A stretch of DNA of 64,000 bases from Oopsacas minuta (taxonomy: Eukaryota > Animalia > Porifera), in assembly GCA_024704765.1 (NCBI GenBank), contig JAKMXF010000326.1, forward strand, positions 270,697 through 334,696, in the 5' to 3' direction. Below, piece by piece: positions 59,900 through 64,000 of the stretch. The stretch's first letter is position 1, and every line of letters begins with the position of its first letter. Below the pieces are notes generated by a model. That model ran no database searches. It was not told where the DNA came from and worked only from the letters and a program-made list of their open reading frames with translations. The position numbers and the translations under genes were made by a program.

Positions 59900-62800
59900 C
59901 ACTATTAGATACAATGATGAATACAATGAAATTATTTAGAAGTTAATTTGAGATATTTCCTTTGATTATCTTTGGACAGGAGGTGTGAATATTTAGATTC
60001 TTGGCCTTATTGTTAAGTAAACAATTGGCTACTGTTTCGAAAGTGAATGGAATAAACCTTTTCCTTCTGTACAGCAATCGAAACACTCATAATCCAAGTC
60101 TCCAAACTCCTCACTATCAAGTTTAAGAAGAGATAGCTGCACTAAAATTGATCTTGAATCCGATCGTAGAAAATCAATGAGAACTGGCGAACATTCAATA
60201 ATTGAAAACACTTTCCAGATTGTAAAACAGAATTAAGAACTTGTTTAGATGGCCATTTAAATCCGCCAGGATCTAGGAGTTGAATCAGCGAAAAATTAAA
60301 ATCTAGATCTATTTCTATAGACTTATCCTCAGTTCATACAATTCTGAAGTTTTATTTAATTTCCTTATCAAAGAAAAAGCGGCATACCCTCCGACGAAAG
60401 CTAGAGCTTGTCTTGTATCAGAATTCGGGGGAAATTTTCAATTGAGAGAACACATGTAAAGTGATTAACATCCATCTTATCACCACAATAGTTGTACAAC
60501 CAAGATCAATATCGTTTTCGTGGATTTGAAATGTACTGATAAATTACATAAAGGAGCTTCTATCTTTACGGTCATAATCTTTCCTATGATAAAACTCGAG
60601 AATATTTGACAGTTTTAGTACCCTCTCTCTTTCTAGCACTTGACATACATAAACATTATAGTTTGACCCTGACATCTGTCCATACAGTGGATGCCGCTTA
60701 ATCGGGACAGTTCCGGAGTCCATGTTTTGTCCCGATTAACCGATTATGATTATTTAAGTATTCAAAACTAGTTTTTCATTGTCACATGACCAGATATATC
60801 CTATTTCTCTACTACTAATCCTGATTTATCTAGGTCTAGTAGAGATTTGGTTGTAGTATGGGTATAGTTCCGCTTCAAGAAGTCATAGAATGCGTTACGA
60901 TATATACTTCAAAAGTAAGAAAATATAATTTAAGTAATTATGCATGTTTTTATTACTGCAACCCATGCAAAACGTTTGGACATCCAACAGTGTGGTCATT
61001 ATTGAGGGAATTATATAAGATGGAATAGCCAATGGAACCTGAGGCGAGTGAGCAATGTTAATAATCTTAGTTTAGTAAATGTTAATCGCATCGGTGTTGT
61101 ATTGTCATAGTTGTAGAGAATATTCAAATTCCTAGTTGTACAACAAACCATTTTACAATGATCCTGAATAAATATACAATCGTTAAATTGGGATAGAAAT
61201 CCCAATTAAGCGAATAGAATTCATATCCGGTTAATCGGGAAAAGAAATCCTGAATAACTGATTATGAACTTCCAAATATTCAGGTAATCGGGATAAAAAA
61301 TCCCGATTAACCAATTCGATGTCCCAATTATCCGACGATTTTTCTATGTAAAAAATCTGTTCCCAACCATTGTCCCGTTCAAGCTGATATCCCGATTACC
61401 CGCCGAGTTCCGATTAAGCGACTTCCACTGTATCATCAAAATGGTGTTCATTTGGATCATTTTGTATAAAAGATGACAATACTCAAGAGAACACATTTTC
61501 TAGTCAAATATTCTACTAGTTTTGGTAGAGCAATGCTTGAATGGCGAAAGCTAGCAAAGGTCTGAGCTGTTAGTTTTCCTCGTGTAAATGGTAAGCATCT
61601 CCAGTCCTCTAGCCAACGAACTATTATAGATTTAAAATTAAACCTAGGATCATCCTGCACAAGTGGTAGAGAATCTCGATCATTGAGACGAACGCCCTTC
61701 CAAGGAGTGTTAACATTGAAAAGCTTCCAGACTTGACAAATCAAAGCTATAAATTAACTAGTCTGATTGCTTTGAATATAATCTTTCGATTGATGTAAGG
61801 TCAAGGCAACTACAGTAGTGTGATCAAATATCCGAAGTGCAAGCTTACCTTTCTGTTTATCTAGCACAGATGGCCAGAATGATTTGTAATTTAACTTTGG
61901 TGCTAGTTTTGCAACAAAAATTCATTTAAATGAAATAGTAGCCTAAAATCCTAATTTAGAAGGAATGGAATATAAAGTGTAGATGAAGTATCATTATAAT
62001 AAAAATACCTGAAAAGATGCTTTTGACAATCGTACTGGGTGAGTAGAATTGAAAATATCTTCAAAGTTTGAATAAAAGAATGTACAGTCATCATCTTTTT
62101 GATTGACTCAAATATTCCTAATAGACTTGATGATGTGTACAAAATCAAAAACTAGATAAAGAGATTGCTGCCACTACCATTGGGATAAGGGGCACAGGGT
62201 AGAAGATCTGTATTATTCCCAAATGACTTGAAAAGATTCACATTCAAAGGGTTGTTATCTGAGGCAATCGCATCTACAAATAATCCACACTTTTCGATAC
62301 CACAAATTATTTGCTGAGTAATTGAAGTAAATCTGTTGCTTTATGATTAGTTGGTGGGAACAAACACACAACACTAGACTATTTCTTCTACAAGCTGGTA
62401 ACCATAAGGCATGAAATAGTTTTGACTGCTTCTATCTAATCTGATTTTGAACATTCAGCAGTACCAATAAACTTTCCTCCTTAAAAACACAAAATATATA
62501 TATAGAATGACTTCATGAATTGAAAAATACAACAACTAACCTCTATAACTAATGCAAGATTTCACATGAATCTCATCAATATTAAGGTAAATATGACGTT
62601 CATACTGGTGAAATTTAGTTGTTTCTGCTCTGAGATAAGCCAAGAAATCCGTATCAAGGCCAAAGTTAGAATATGGCCGAAATAACAATTATTCGTGAGG
62701 CAGAGAAACACAATCCATGTTACGAAGTTGTCTGTAACAAGCAGAAGAAAATAAATGGCAATTTAAAGATAATATCATCGTAACCATATTATACCGGTGA

Positions 62801-63670
62801 CGTGTTTTATTCACAGTATAACTTTCTAGCTGGCCCAAAATCAAATACAGCTTGGATAATAGGTTGGAAACTTTAGGTACTAGAACCACAAGTTAATTTG
62901 TGCTCACATGAATTTAGTTTGTATATATTATGAATCCTACCTGACTAACTGAATGCTTGTCCCAGCAAGGAAATAGCTTGTTTCATAGAAGAAATGCAAT
63001 GTGAAAGCTCTAAATATATTGTAAAAGTTGGGTAGAGTTCGAAACAATGTTCATAAACTGTACAGTTTATAGGGAATATGTCTTATCAATATATAAGTGC
63101 ATTATACTCGGTGTAATTAGACAATTCATCAATCAATGTAGAGATCTGACGCATATCACAAATAGTTTTGATTGATAGATTCACTAATATCCCATGATGG
63201 TAACGTCTCACTTGAAGAAATTTATCAATAGTAAAAATATCTTGTACAGAAATACTTCCAATATTTGTTGTTAGATGGACGATGACAATTTCATCACCCA
63301 TATTCCAAACAATCCATTCTTGGGGATCTTTATGTTATGTGACTTAGTGATTATGTCATCTAGATTAGAGAAAGTGAATTTTCTCTGCTCTTCTTGAAAT
63401 ACTTCAACTCTCTGTTTAATATCTTATATAGTACCATACCATAAAACATGTAAGAATACAACTTATATATTTGACGCAACTTGACATACCTGGATCTGTA
63501 AATCACGTTCCTTTTTGTTTCTATCATGCCTTGGATATTTAATGGTGTGATCACTAGGACGATCATGGCAACCGGGAAGAAATTTTGGTATTACACCTTT
63601 CTTCAGAGTAGCCTTTATTGATCGAGTCTTCGTTTGACTATCAATGTCAAGATAAGTTTGCGTTTCAATA
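59900..63670 (-). mobile_element. P-element/THAP9-like transposase relic
   Basis: In order: THAP C-terminal LKKGVIPKFLPGC; QLESY..NKTRHRY...SACYRQLR...LPH; IDEIHVKS.ISY; WKLFNVNTP.KG.RLND; WLEDW...GKLT..TF; IQNDPNEHHF | YGQMSGSNYNV..CQVLE; ALAFVGGYAA. Many frame breaks. Boundaries approximate. Confidence 0.8.
60685..61430. mobile_element. 746-bp pogo/Tigger-type MITE inserted in the P-like transposase
   Basis: TIRs CAGTGGATGCCGCTTAATCGG and CCGATTAAGCGACTTCCACTG, TA duplication, repeated internal CCCGATTAACCG motif. Removing it rejoins QNDP.EHHF with YGQMSG. Confidence 0.9.
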
Positions 63671-63672
63671 TA

Positions 63673-64000
63673 CAGGGGCATTTAATATATACTAATCACT
63701 GTATATTTTTAATGAAATAGCAGTTCTAAGCAAGTATTTCTCAGTGCAATTATATAGAACCATATTTCAACTTTCTAACAAAACTTAGAGAGAGTTGATC
63801 ACTTAATTATTTCCTAAGTTTCAGTTATTTTTAGAAACCTACATTTTCTCCTTTACATTTTTCATGGCTTCTTGTCCAAATTTTCGGAACTTGAACAACG
63901 AACGTACATCAAATTTCGCACCATTCTCGAAATCCCTCCAAAGTCTATTCATGACGAGTTGGCAACGATATGTGGAGAAGATACTTTATCGTATTCAACT
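63673..64000 (+). mobile_element. 5' part of a mariner-like element running off the right edge
   Basis: ELEQRTYIKFRTILEIPPKSIHDELATICGEDTLSYST matches the mariner N-terminal HTH pattern. The putative left end TA|CAGGGGCAT coincides with the point where the THAP relic is cut. Confidence 0.75.

Noticed and set aside
2680-63681. Most 60-100-aa ORFs in the supplied track
   Set aside because: They start at alternative codons, lack homology cues, or are off-frame or antisense readings of TEs. This is expected noise in eukaryotic intronic DNA.

Overview
AT-rich eukaryotic DNA, most likely a metazoan invertebrate; the species cannot be named from the sequence. The only host gene I can support is adenylate kinase 7 (AK7) on the minus strand: a 743-nt first coding exon (40648-39906), a 10.4-kb intron, and a 154-nt exon (29459-29306). 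I could not locate later exons. Most other recognisable sequence is DNA transposons, often nested. These are six different ~1.0-1.3-kb maT-type (DD37D) elements, one DD37E Tc1-like element, mariner fragments, a pogo/Tigger element with two related MITEs, a near-intact two-ORF PIF/Harbinger, a Chapaev3, hAT (Buster/Charlie) relics, a P-element/THAP9-like relic, a MULE-like relic, Helitron-like repeats and three long fold-backs. The most unusual item is a Kolobok-type element (40906-45683; 17-bp TIRs, ATAA target duplication) ending 258 bp upstream of the AK7 start codon. Its decayed transposase reading frame starts with a hydrophobic leader ending in a 2A/StopGo-like motif (GGVEMNPG|P) and ends with an appended PHD finger. 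All family calls come from motif recognition by eye; no database searches were run.
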